From contig OZ241875.1 in assembly GCA_965203325.1 (NCBI GenBank), positions 3,840,001 through 3,904,000 on the forward strand: a DNA stretch of 64,000 nt, given 5' to 3'. Of the stretch, positions 1-9,193 are shown one piece after another (position 1 is the stretch's first letter; every line of letters begins with the position of its first letter). Below the pieces are notes generated by a model. It did no database searches. It was not told where the DNA came from and saw only the letters and a program-made list of their open reading frames with translations. A program made the position numbers and the translations under genes. This DNA is from a bacterium (GTDB lineage Bacteria > UBA8248).

Positions 1-230
1 TCGGTGACGAAGGAGCCGACCACAATCCCGACCCCCCAGGCGGCGCGGAGCTAACCCGGCAACCCTGCCCCGGCAGCATCAACGCCGACACCCCGGTCTG
101 CGGCGCGGGACCATCGACGATAAAGCTCAACGGCGGTGACAGGAACGTCGCCGCCCCGAACCCCGCCCCACTCGATACGTCTCCGTTCGCCCATCCTCGT
201 CCATCCGAATCCCGGACCAGGGGCGCGCTC

Positions 231-360
231 GCCTGGTTCCCGCTCCCGTTCCGCCTCCGGGACTACCCGGTCGGGACGGAGGCCGCTCACGCTCCGTGGG
301 CGGTCCTCACCGGACGTGAACCTTCCCGGGGGAGAGGTGGAGCGAAGCGGGGAGCCGGGC
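231..360. promoter_or_regulatory. Long imperfect stem-loop, candidate ssDNA (Frpo-like) promoter
   Basis: gcctggttcccgctcccgttccgcctcc (231-258) pairs imperfectly with gaggtggagcgaagcggggagccgggc (334-360); inner hairpin 280-307; lies upstream of the small ORF and ssb. Confidence 0.4.
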
Positions 361-433
361 AAAGGCCCGGCAGGGGAGAGGGAGACGGTCTCCAGCTCCC
401 GCCGCCGGGGACAACCCGATAGGAGGCTTGGCC

Positions 434-565
434 ATGTACGAGAACGACTTCGACGTCGATGTTCCCACCACGGACGAACTGCTCGCAGAACTCGGACTCG
501 ACGCCTACACGATCCGCAAGATTCGCGACGAGGCGGGGGGCGAGGAGGAGTTCAGGAGGGAATAG
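434..565 (+). CDS. Small acidic protein, 43 aa (not in ORF track)
   Basis: AGGAGG at 421-426, ATG 434, TAG 563-565; MYENDFDVDVPTTDELLAELGLDAYTIRKIRDEAGGEEEFRRE. Confidence 0.65.
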   Translation: MYENDFDVDVPTTDELLAELGLDAYTIRKIRDEAGGEEEFRRE

Positions 566-645
566 GGCAGATCGGGGGATCGGGGAGAGAGGCTCCCCGG
601 CCCTTCCACTTCATCATCCACACCACACTGTGAAGGAGTATTACA

Positions 646-1086
646 ATGGCATTCGGACTCAACAGAGCGGAACTGATCGGGCGTCTCGGCGCCGACGTCA
701 CCGTCAACCATCTCACGAGCGGGGGGCGCGTCGCCAACCTCTCGATCGCCACAGACGAGGGCTACGTCGACAAGCAGAGCGGCGAGCGGGTGGACAAGAC
801 CGAGTGGCACCGGGTCGTGACCTTCCAGCCCGGCCTGGTGGACATGTTCGAGAAGCACGCGAAGAAGGGCCGCCTGATCTACGTCGCTGGCAAGCTCCAG
901 ACCAGGCGCTGGAAGAAGGACGGGGAAGACTCGGACCGGTTCTCGACCGAGATACTCATCGCCCCGGGGGGACGCGTGCAGTTCCTCGACAAGGTGAACG
1001 GGAACGGCAATGGCAACGGCAACGGCGCGCACCCCGAGACGACGGCGGTGGCGGCTGGCGTAGCCGGGGACGACATCCCGTTCTAG
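646..1086 (+). CDS. ssb: Single-stranded DNA-binding protein
   Basis: LNRAELIGRLGAD, TEWHRVV, GKLQTRRW and acidic DDIPF tail; AAGGAG RBS. Confidence 0.97.
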   Translation: MAFGLNRAELIGRLGADVTVNHLTSGGRVANLSIATDEGYVDKQSGERVDKTEWHRVVTFQPGLVDMFEKHAKKGRLIYVAGKLQTRRWKKDGEDSDRFSTEILIAPGGRVQFLDKVNGNGNGNGNGAHPETTAVAAGVAGDDIPF

Positions 1087-1093
1087 GCTCACC

Positions 1094-1127
1094 AGGGGTC
1101 GGCGCTTCGGCGTCGGCCCCTTTTTTT
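1094..1127 (+). terminator. Intrinsic terminator
   Basis: aggggtcggcgc-ttcg-gcgtcggcccct followed by a T run. Confidence 0.85.
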
Positions 1128-1426
1128 CTGCTCCTTATCCAGAGGAAGTCCGCCCTGCCTGCTCTCTCATCTACCGGGAGCACCCGGTAAATCTCCGGTT
1201 CCGTGAACGATAAACCGTGTTCCCGGAAGATCGGCATGCTCCTGCCAATCATCCCATAATTCCAGACAGTGGCTCAGTCCACCCCCCGCTGCGGGAATTT
1301 CGGGCCGGAAAAGACGGCCCGAAATGACCCTTTCCGCAGCATGAGAGACTGTTTCCCGATGAGCTTCGCCTTCATCGTGAAACACCAAAGGCTCTTGTGT
1401 CCCGGTGGCGGTACTACCCTCTCTCT

Positions 1427-1616
1427 CTTAGCGCTCCCATTTTAGCACGCACGGCGCGGGGTCAAGGGTGCTTTTGCCAAAAAACGCAAAAGCATCTTTT
1501 TTCAGAAAAAATCGGTGAAGCGTGGATTTTTTCCGCTGCGCGCCCTCCGGGTGAAAAAAGACTGGAAACCGCCCCTGACGCCCACGCCTACCACGTGCTG
1601 AAAATGGGGCGCTAAG
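1427..1616. promoter_or_regulatory. Long stem-loop, candidate ssDNA (Frpo-like) promoter
   Basis: cttagcgctcccattttagcacg (1427-1449) is a near-perfect inverted repeat of cgtgctgaaaatggggcgctaag (1594-1616); the minus strand of the left arm reads TTGACC-N15-TAAAAT. Confidence 0.6.
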
Positions 1617-1652
1617 AAGCGCATCCGTTAACTCTCTGGAAAGGAGAAAGGC

Positions 1653-2027
1653 ATGGAAACCACCGTGGTGAATCTGAACGACTACGTTGCTCCCCAGTTC
1701 GGCGGCGGCTTGCTGGTCAGGATCGACCGCATGACCAAGTGGGGAAACCCCTTCCGCATCGGCCAGGACGGCGAGCGCGACGAGGTGATCGAAAAATACC
1801 GGCGATGGCTCTGGGAAAGAATCCAGCGCGAAGAGCAGGACCTCTACGAACTCGCCGACCTGCAAGGCTGCGAGCTCGGCTGCCACTGCCATCCCCTTCC
1901 GTGCCACGGCGACGTACTCGCACGCGCCGCCGAGTGGGCCGCCAGGTATCTCGACGAGATGCCGAAAGAAGTGGGGCGCAACGAGCGTGGCTACGCTCTT
2001 CCCGAATTCAACCATCCCCTCGCTTGA
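1653..2027 (+). CDS. DUF4326 domain protein
   Basis: TKWGNPF and LGCHCHPLPCHGDVL motifs; AAGGAG RBS. Confidence 0.85.
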   Translation: METTVVNLNDYVAPQFGGGLLVRIDRMTKWGNPFRIGQDGERDEVIEKYRRWLWERIQREEQDLYELADLQGCELGCHCHPLPCHGDVLARAAEWAARYLDEMPKEVGRNERGYALPEFNHPLA

Positions 2028-2057
2028 GGACAACCCAACCACTGAAAGGAGTGAACG

Positions 2058-3017
2058 ATGACTGCCACCGCGACACACGACCACAAGGAGAGCATCATGC
2101 ACGAGGTTGACAACATCGAAGCGCAGAACGAATCCTTCACCGCCATGGTCTGCGAACAGGCCGCGCTCTTCGGCGCGACCCCCGGCCCTGACGAGTTCGA
2201 CAACCGCCCCGTGTGGGGCGAAGCGGAGTCCACCGCCGCCGTCCTCAAGGCATTCCACCTGCTCGCCGAGGCCGCGCCCGACGGCACGCAACTGGCCGAC
2301 GAGCGGGCGAGTCTCCTGTGGGGCTTCGTCAACACCTTGGACGCCCAGACACAGCGCCTCGACCGCGCCGCCGACAAGCTCATCCCCGGCATCCGTGAAC
2401 TGCAGCGCGAACAGGACGGCTCCGAGATCCGCTCCCGCGAACTCGAACTCGCCACCGACCGGGCCGAGAACCTCACCGCCCGCCGCGACGCGTTCGAAGG
2501 ACTGCGCGACACGGCCGCCGAGGCCTACCGCGTCGAGACCGGCGAGGTATGGCGGCCACGGCGAGGATCGCACGTCTCGCAGACCGGCAAGCTCACATCG
2601 GCGGTGATCGAGGCGCGTGACTTCCAGCGCGCGAAAAAGGACCGCGAGAGCACGGCCCACCTCCCCCAGGGAACACTCGTCGCCGTCGCGGGAGGCAAGG
2701 AAGCCACCGACGCCGGAAAAATCATCGGCCAGCTCGACAAGCTGAAAGCCAAGTACGCCGACGTCGTCCTCGTCCACGGCGGCGGCCCCGGCGCGGAGAA
2801 GGTCGCGGCGGGATGGGCCGAGCGCAACGGCGTCCACCAGATCGTCTGCAAGCCCGACTGGGACGCCCACGGCAGGGCGGCTCCCTTCCGGCGCAACGAC
2901 GAGCTGCTCTCCCTCCTCCCCAAGGGCGTGATCGCGTTCCCGGGTTCGGGCATCACCGACAACCTCGTCGACAAGGCTCGAAGCCTCGGCATCCCCGTGC
3001 AACGCGTGGCCGCCTGA
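2058..3017 (+). CDS. DUF2493 (YspA-related SLOG) domain protein
   Basis: C-terminal VLVHGGGPGAEKVAAGWA, AAPFRRNDELL, IAFPGSG; typical of proteobacterial plasmids and ICEs. Confidence 0.85.
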   Translation: MTATATHDHKESIMHEVDNIEAQNESFTAMVCEQAALFGATPGPDEFDNRPVWGEAESTAAVLKAFHLLAEAAPDGTQLADERASLLWGFVNTLDAQTQRLDRAADKLIPGIRELQREQDGSEIRSRELELATDRAENLTARRDAFEGLRDTAAEAYRVETGEVWRPRRGSHVSQTGKLTSAVIEARDFQRAKKDRESTAHLPQGTLVAVAGGKEATDAGKIIGQLDKLKAKYADVVLVHGGGPGAEKVAAGWAERNGVHQIVCKPDWDAHGRAAPFRRNDELLSLLPKGVIAFPGSGITDNLVDKARSLGIPVQRVAA

Positions 3018-3400
3018 TGCGAACACTCCTCGGGTCGCGTCGCCACCCCGGCGGCGCGGCCCGTCGCTTCCCGTGTCGTTCGTCTGCTTGTGATTAAAAG
3101 CGCAAAATACAGCGCCCCGTGCGTCCGCCGCTTGTGAATCCAGGCACAAGATTCAGCACCCCCACACCCTTTTGCCCCTCGCTCTGTCCGCTCAATCGCC
3201 GCGGCGGCTCCCGCTCGCCATTCTCTCCGGCGAAAATTCCCCTGTCGTTCGTTCCCAGGAATCCGCCGCTAGCCGCCCTTAGGCGCTTCGGGTTGTACAC
3301 CGGACGCATCGCTGATGCGGGTGTCGCGTAGGTGCGGCTGCCTGCGATGTGCCGTGACAATTCGCATTCCTGTAGGTTTCTGTCATGCCGAAAAAAGCAA

Positions 3401-3553
3401 TACCATTCTGGTATCATTCTATCTCTTTGAAATCCCTGCACTTAAAAATGGCGTATGCTCATTGTAATACGATGTAATACGGGGATTTCCTGTGAGATAC
3501 CAAATTGGTAGTACACGGACGTGCGCTGCGTTATGATGGCTACCAATATGGTA
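3401..3553. promoter_or_regulatory. Three TACCA-N3-TGGTA palindromes (operator or relaxosome binding sites)
   Basis: Copies at 3401-3413, 3498-3510 and 3541-3553, upstream of the RHH gene. Confidence 0.6.
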
Positions 3554-3685
3554 GTTCGTGAAACGGCGTCGCGGGCATGATTTTTGGGCCCGAGGTGGAT
3601 GCGTTTGGTGCAAGAAATGAGAATTCTTGTGGTCGTTTTGCGACCGGAACGAATGAAGATTTTCTCGAAAGGAGCGGCGAAACGT

Positions 3686-4000
3686 ATGGTTCAGACGATA
3701 CAGAAGAACATCAGGGTCACGCCCGAACAGTGGAAACGAATTGAAAATGAGGCCGAAAAGCGCGAAATGTCGCCCAACCGACTGGTGGTAGAGTTCGTGA
3801 TGGAAGCCCTGGAGCGCCGCGAATGGCCCCGAACCAAAGCGGAAATCCACCTATTGCGCTCTGCGATGTTCGTCGCACAAGCAATAATACGTGACATGGA
3901 GAAGGACGGACGAGAGGAGGAGATCGAGCAAATCAGCCGAACCATATCCGAAGTCGCGCCGGAATTGCCAGTGAATCTTTCGAAATCAGACACCCCATAG
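3686..4000 (+). CDS. Ribbon-helix-helix DNA-binding protein, possible relaxosome accessory
   Basis: MVQTIQKNIRVTPEQWKRIENEAEKREMSPNRLV fits a beta-alpha-alpha pattern; AAAGGAG before ATG 3686 (ORF-track start 3584 is probably too long). Confidence 0.6.
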   Translation: MVQTIQKNIRVTPEQWKRIENEAEKREMSPNRLVVEFVMEALERREWPRTKAEIHLLRSAMFVAQAIIRDMEKDGREEEIEQISRTISEVAPELPVNLSKSDTP

Positions 4001-4190
4001 CTTGATTCTTTGGACGACTAGGTGTGAACATAGAGTGGAATGTCCGTGGTGTTGGTCGTGTCAAAACCTAACCTTTCTGTAATCTGGAACTAATAGGGGG
4101 CTACGCGCTAACTCAATCCCGCACTTGACTATTTTTACATCTTCCTTCGTGGCAAACAGAACATGGCAAAACAATTGAAAGGCAACCGAT

Positions 4191-7100
4191 TTGCACGACT
4201 CAATCCGTGAGCTTCAATCAATTTTTCTTGAAGCAGACTCCGCTTGTCTTGAACGTTTGGCCGCCCATGCTCTCGGCTCTTTGCTCGGTGTACCCGTTCG
4301 GGTTGCCCGCTCCGGCGACCAGAGGGGTGGAGATGGTGGCACTTCAGGCATCGATGGCCGTGAACTCGTCTTCGAAACGCGTCGCTACAGTGACAAAACA
4401 AGGATTGACGAGCGCGGCATTCTCGGGGAGATCGAACAAGCAATAGACAGAAAGCCAGATCTTGAAGCCTGGATTCTGGTGACCACAAGGGAGGTTCGCG
4501 AACAAACCGAACAGGCGATGACACGGGCGGGACTGAAAAACGGGGTGGCTACGGTCATTATTGATTGGCTACAACAACCGTTGCCGAAACTTGCTGCACT
4601 CGCTGCCAGTTGTCCGGAGTGTTTCAGGGCCGAGATTGGTGAAGGGTATGATCATCTTCTGACAGATATCGCTGCGATGCAGGGATACAAAAGGACGCTA
4701 AATGCCATCGAATCTGAACTCAATGGCTGGTTATTAGGTTACCAGGCAGTTCGTGACGCAAGTCATGCTCAAGTACGGGAGATTTGGGAATCACGTCAAA
4801 AAGCCAACGCAAGATTCGGGCAAAACGTAGCCGGTGGCACGAAAGAAGCGCACCACGTTCGCCGATCCGGACTGATAGATCGTCTGGATGCTTGGTCTAA
4901 AGCCGCCACTGGCGGCGAAGTGGGTGCATTGGTCGGTCTTGACGGCATGGGCAAGACCTGGGTTGCTATCGATTGGCTTCAGTCGAGACTTAATCAGCTA
5001 CCGATAATTGTACTCGTTCCCTCATCCGCGCTCGGAAACGGGATTGCCAGTCGCACCGATCTAATCAGGTTTATCGCACGCTATCTGCACGATATATCAG
5101 GAGTGCGCAACGAACCGTTCTGGGAGCAACGTGTTCGTCGGCTTTTGGCGCGTCCTCCGGAAGAGGGGCCCGCTTTCTTCCTGTTCTTCGACGGCCTTAA
5201 CCAGCTTTCATCTTTTGACTGGCTTGGAATTTTCCGCCAACTCGAAGATGAGCCTTTTTACAAACGAACTCTTACTTTAATTTCCTCGCGCACTAGTTTC
5301 TACGAAGAGCGTTTGAACAAATTACGCGCTCTGGTTGCAAATCCGGTTCGTATCGATATTGGCAAATACCATCTGGCACCCGACGGCACTTTTGACCAGA
5401 AATTGGAACTAGCTGGCCTGTCCCGCGAGGAACTGTCCGATGAACTGATCGAACATGCGGCAGTGCCGCGATTATTCGACTTGGTAATTCAACTAAAAGA
5501 CTCCCTTGGCGATATTTCCGCAGTGACTGTAAATCGTCTTCTCTGGGCTTATGGTGCATCGACCGATGGCGCATTCAGTGAGGATGACTGGCGGCGGTTT
5601 ATCATAGAACTTGCCAAAGAGCATCAGGACGCCAATCGGGTCTCCACGGTTCAACGCGTCACGGATTTGAGCGAAGATGCGACCCTGACGCCGGATCGCA
5701 TATATCAACGTGTCTCTAGCGTGATCGACGGCATCTTCACGGAACTCAGCGGAGAAGGTGAACTCCATTTCCAAGAGGATTTTGTACACCACGCTTTAGG
5801 TCTTGCTTTGGTGAAGCGCATGGAGCAGACCGAGTCTGACGAAGACGTCACAACTGTTCTTGAAAAATTTCTCGACCCCATTGCGGGCTATGACGCCCGA
5901 GCTGAAACCCTTCGCGCTGCCGTAAACATTACACTTCTGCGAAGTACTCCCCAACAACCGAAATGGCTGAGTACGCTATGCACTTTCTGGATCCAGACAC
6001 AGAACCTGCCCGACGAACATATAAAGGAATTGGAAGTCTTCGCTCCGGAACTTGTCACGCCCTTACTGGATGTAATTGAAGCATCGTATGGACATGCGCT
6101 CACCACGCCGAGACATATTGGAATCAATGCGCTCGCCAGAGTAGAAAAAAGCAACGGGCTCGTTGCCCGGGAGATCGCCGAGCGTGGGGAACAGTGGCAC
6201 AGGTTCATTTCTCTCGAGAAGCACGGTACCGATCTCGGGGAAAACTCGTTCTACGCCTATCGATGCAAACGCCTCAAGGAACGCATAGGCGTAACCGAAC
6301 CAGGCCAAGTAACCGTCACAGGGCGGGTTTTCGAGATCGTGGACTATAGAGGTAATGACCTTATTATTGCGGCATCGCAGCTTCTCCAGGGACGTCCTCT
6401 AGCAGGAGCCATTCAATTCTTCGAAACAGGCGCAATTCATCATGCGATTGTCGGCGGCGGAACAGGACACGAATCCCAATCCTGGCTTAACACTCTCAAT
6501 ACGGTCGATCCGGTGGAAACGGCGGAAGGATTGAGGCGCGCATCGGAAATCGTGCATGAACGTACACCCGAACCTGAAGTTCATAGCGATCTCAACAAGC
6601 GGATTGCATCGCTTCTGCTTCAGTGGACCGGCTATGAAAATGATGACAAGGCGGCGCGGAAGATTGACCCGAAGATCGAGCACTTGCAGCGTTACGAGAC
6701 GGACTATCTGACTAATCCTTCTCGTTCTTTCTTCCGTCTTGAACGGCGGCACACTACTCTTGCGCTCTGCGACACCGAGCTCTCTATCATTCACAGGATC
6801 GGGCGGGCCAAGGACGCTTTGCTTGATCCAAGCTTTGAAGTTCCGCCGGGATTCGTTGATGAATTGATCTCAACTGGAGAAAGTTTTGATTTCTCACAGA
6901 CAGCCACCGGACGTGGTCATACGCGCCACGATCATGAATGGGAACTACTCTCTCTCGCATTTGCACGTTGTGCGCCTGAAAAACTTGCGGACCTCGAACG
7001 CAAGCGCCTGCTTGGTTTTGCCGACCGGCCCATAGATCAACAGTTCGGTTCGTCTCTCGTAGCGCCTGACGCCATGCTTCTCGCAGGAAAGGGAGAAAGC

Positions 7101-8828
7101 ACAGCCATTCAGACTTTACGGGAGCGGGGAGATAGAAGACGAGACAACGCCGAGTATACAACGCAGACCAGCTTCCTGATCTCGGAAATCCAATGCAAAC
7201 CGCCCTTAGAGCAGATCCGAAAGATAATGAAAGCGGAACTCGCTCATATCGACTGGTATTTAGCCGGTGCCTGTGATCCGCCTACTGAACATGAGATAGA
7301 TCTCCTCCTAGACGAGTACGGCGATGATGAAGAACAGCTAAGACGGCTTGCCAGTATCCTCGGTGCCCATGACCTGACCTTGAGCGCTCGCGCTTTTAAT
7401 ACCTTCTCCGACCTTTTGAAACCCGGTGCCACCGACCCCTCATCAGGGGCGGCTTGGGAGCTTTTGGCGTCGAACGAACCAGCGCGCCTGGGTGCCATGC
7501 TCGATAATGACGCCTGGAGTTGGTCGTACGAAAGACACATCATGGAAAATCTTATGGGCTCCGTTGCGATTGCTGAATCGAACCGGGGCACCCCGTTTAC
7601 GGAATATGCACAACGGGTCGCTCCAGCCCAGTTGCTCGAGACATTGTCGCAGGAAAAACGGTCGCGCGAAGATGTGGAACTTGCGGTCGAATTGTTGACT
7701 GGAGTTCTCTTCGGCGATTCCATAGATCCGCCGGAAGCCGGCGTCGCTATTTCTCACGAGCAGGAAAAGGTGCAATTGAGAACCTACCAATGCACCATTG
7801 GGGATGTATACGAGGAAGGAGAAAATCAGGAGAATTTCGTGCGTTTCGTTGAAAGATTCAATTCCCCCGAGAAACATGAAAAAAGAAGGCGCGAGATCGT
7901 CGATGCTTATTTGATTAAGGTCAAGGAAGCGAGACAGTCGGGCGCTCAACTCTATCTCGTGCATTTCACGGCAGATAATTTCGAACCCGTATTGAAACAC
8001 TGTCCAGACGCTGTCGAAACGTGGCTGGCAGGTCTCGAATCTTCGTCGCCGGACTTCATAAGGCGCGTTCGATTGGCGGAAGGATTTTTTGTAGCTCTGT
8101 GCGAGGCGCTTTTGAAGAAAGACCCACCACGCGGCATATCCCTGTGGCGTACCTTGAGGAAGTACCTGGTGACCAAATTCATTGGTCACGCCAATATCGA
8201 TAGATTGGTATATGCCCTGTTTACCGCAGCATCTCACGAAGAAGTGGACACCGCGCTGGAAGAAATTTACGGCATCAACGAAGCTCGAAGCGACGAAGAA
8301 CTGATAAATTTAGTCATAGCGGCTCGTTTGTCGGGTCGAAATGATTGGCTGCGGCGAATGGTGAGTCGTGACGCGGAGTCTTCCTGTCCGGTACATCGGC
8401 AAAGAGCAACCTTCCTGCAACCGTTGTTGACCCGGCCTGATATCGCCGGAGCCAAACATTGGCCCGAGGGTGAAGCCGCGAGCATATACGACTACATTCA
8501 CGAGACCTCTTGGATGCTAGCTCAACGTGAAGCCTTTGCCGCTCATTGGTTACAGAAATTTACCGAAGCGGACACGGTCGAGACTGCCCATGCATGCTGG
8601 CGCCTGTTCAAGGCTTGCGGTGATCGGCGCGCCTGGATTTGGAGGAGGAGCATATGTGAGTCTCACGCAACGCAGAATGAACTTTTGGAAACGGTCAAGA
8701 AAAAATTCATCGAACAAGAAGAACACAATCTGAAGAGCGCGATATCGGAAAACGAACGGTCCTGGTCCGATCATTTCGCGAGGCGCAGATACCCCAACTC
8801 ACTTGTGCCATGGCGTTCAACACCTTAG
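4191..8828 (+). CDS. Avs-like STAND/NACHT NTPase with N-terminal restriction-endonuclease-like domain and long helical C-terminus
   Basis: N-terminal SGDQRGGDG..FETRRY; Walker A GLDGMGKT; Walker B FLFFDGLNQ; 1545 aa; TTG start. Confidence 0.75.
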   Translation: MHDSIRELQSIFLEADSACLERLAAHALGSLLGVPVRVARSGDQRGGDGGTSGIDGRELVFETRRYSDKTRIDERGILGEIEQAIDRKPDLEAWILVTTREVREQTEQAMTRAGLKNGVATVIIDWLQQPLPKLAALAASCPECFRAEIGEGYDHLLTDIAAMQGYKRTLNAIESELNGWLLGYQAVRDASHAQVREIWESRQKANARFGQNVAGGTKEAHHVRRSGLIDRLDAWSKAATGGEVGALVGLDGMGKTWVAIDWLQSRLNQLPIIVLVPSSALGNGIASRTDLIRFIARYLHDISGVRNEPFWEQRVRRLLARPPEEGPAFFLFFDGLNQLSSFDWLGIFRQLEDEPFYKRTLTLISSRTSFYEERLNKLRALVANPVRIDIGKYHLAPDGTFDQKLELAGLSREELSDELIEHAAVPRLFDLVIQLKDSLGDISAVTVNRLLWAYGASTDGAFSEDDWRRFIIELAKEHQDANRVSTVQRVTDLSEDATLTPDRIYQRVSSVIDGIFTELSGEGELHFQEDFVHHALGLALVKRMEQTESDEDVTTVLEKFLDPIAGYDARAETLRAAVNITLLRSTPQQPKWLSTLCTFWIQTQNLPDEHIKELEVFAPELVTPLLDVIEASYGHALTTPRHIGINALARVEKSNGLVAREIAERGEQWHRFISLEKHGTDLGENSFYAYRCKRLKERIGVTEPGQVTVTGRVFEIVDYRGNDLIIAASQLLQGRPLAGAIQFFETGAIHHAIVGGGTGHESQSWLNTLNTVDPVETAEGLRRASEIVHERTPEPEVHSDLNKRIASLLLQWTGYENDDKAARKIDPKIEHLQRYETDYLTNPSRSFFRLERRHTTLALCDTELSIIHRIGRAKDALLDPSFEVPPGFVDELISTGESFDFSQTATGRGHTRHDHEWELLSLAFARCAPEKLADLERKRLLGFADRPIDQQFGSSLVAPDAMLLAGKGESTAIQTLRERGDRRRDNAEYTTQTSFLISEIQCKPPLEQIRKIMKAELAHIDWYLAGACDPPTEHEIDLLLDEYGDDEEQLRRLASILGAHDLTLSARAFNTFSDLLKPGATDPSSGAAWELLASNEPARLGAMLDNDAWSWSYERHIMENLMGSVAIAESNRGTPFTEYAQRVAPAQLLETLSQEKRSREDVELAVELLTGVLFGDSIDPPEAGVAISHEQEKVQLRTYQCTIGDVYEEGENQENFVRFVERFNSPEKHEKRRREIVDAYLIKVKEARQSGAQLYLVHFTADNFEPVLKHCPDAVETWLAGLESSSPDFIRRVRLAEGFFVALCEALLKKDPPRGISLWRTLRKYLVTKFIGHANIDRLVYALFTAASHEEVDTALEEIYGINEARSDEELINLVIAARLSGRNDWLRRMVSRDAESSCPVHRQRATFLQPLLTRPDIAGAKHWPEGEAASIYDYIHETSWMLAQREAFAAHWLQKFTEADTVETAHACWRLFKACGDRRAWIWRRSICESHATQNELLETVKKKFIEQEEHNLKSAISENERSWSDHFARRRYPNSLVPWRSTP

Positions 8829-8849
8829 GCTCGTTGGTGTCTGGCCATC

Positions 8850-9135
8850 CTGAATCCAGCGGCCCTCCTGCCGTGTTTTTTTCGTCTATCCCATCGATGA
8901 ACCTCACGTCGGCCAGATGACGGAAGCTGCGTAGCCGGTGCCATCGATTCTCAGCGCTCATGGCGAACTGATGCACGAGACTCAGCGCCGTCTTCTCGCT
9001 CAGGCAGTTCCTGGTCTTCGCCGTTCGCAACTGGATGATGGCGAAGGTTGACTCGATAGGGTTCGTCGTCCGCAGACTCCGCCAGTGCGCTGCCGGGAAG
9101 TAGTAGAAGGCGAGCAACTCCTCCCCGAATGCCAC
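8850..9135 (-). pseudogene. IS256-family transposase C-terminal remnant
   Basis: EELLAFYYFPAAHWRSLRTTNPIESTF, homologous to the intact copy at 47680-48948. Confidence 0.9.
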
Positions 9136-9193
9136 TGCCATAGCCTTCCTCCTTGCTTTCGCATGATTCTCGCTGGCTCGTTCCCCAGTTAGG

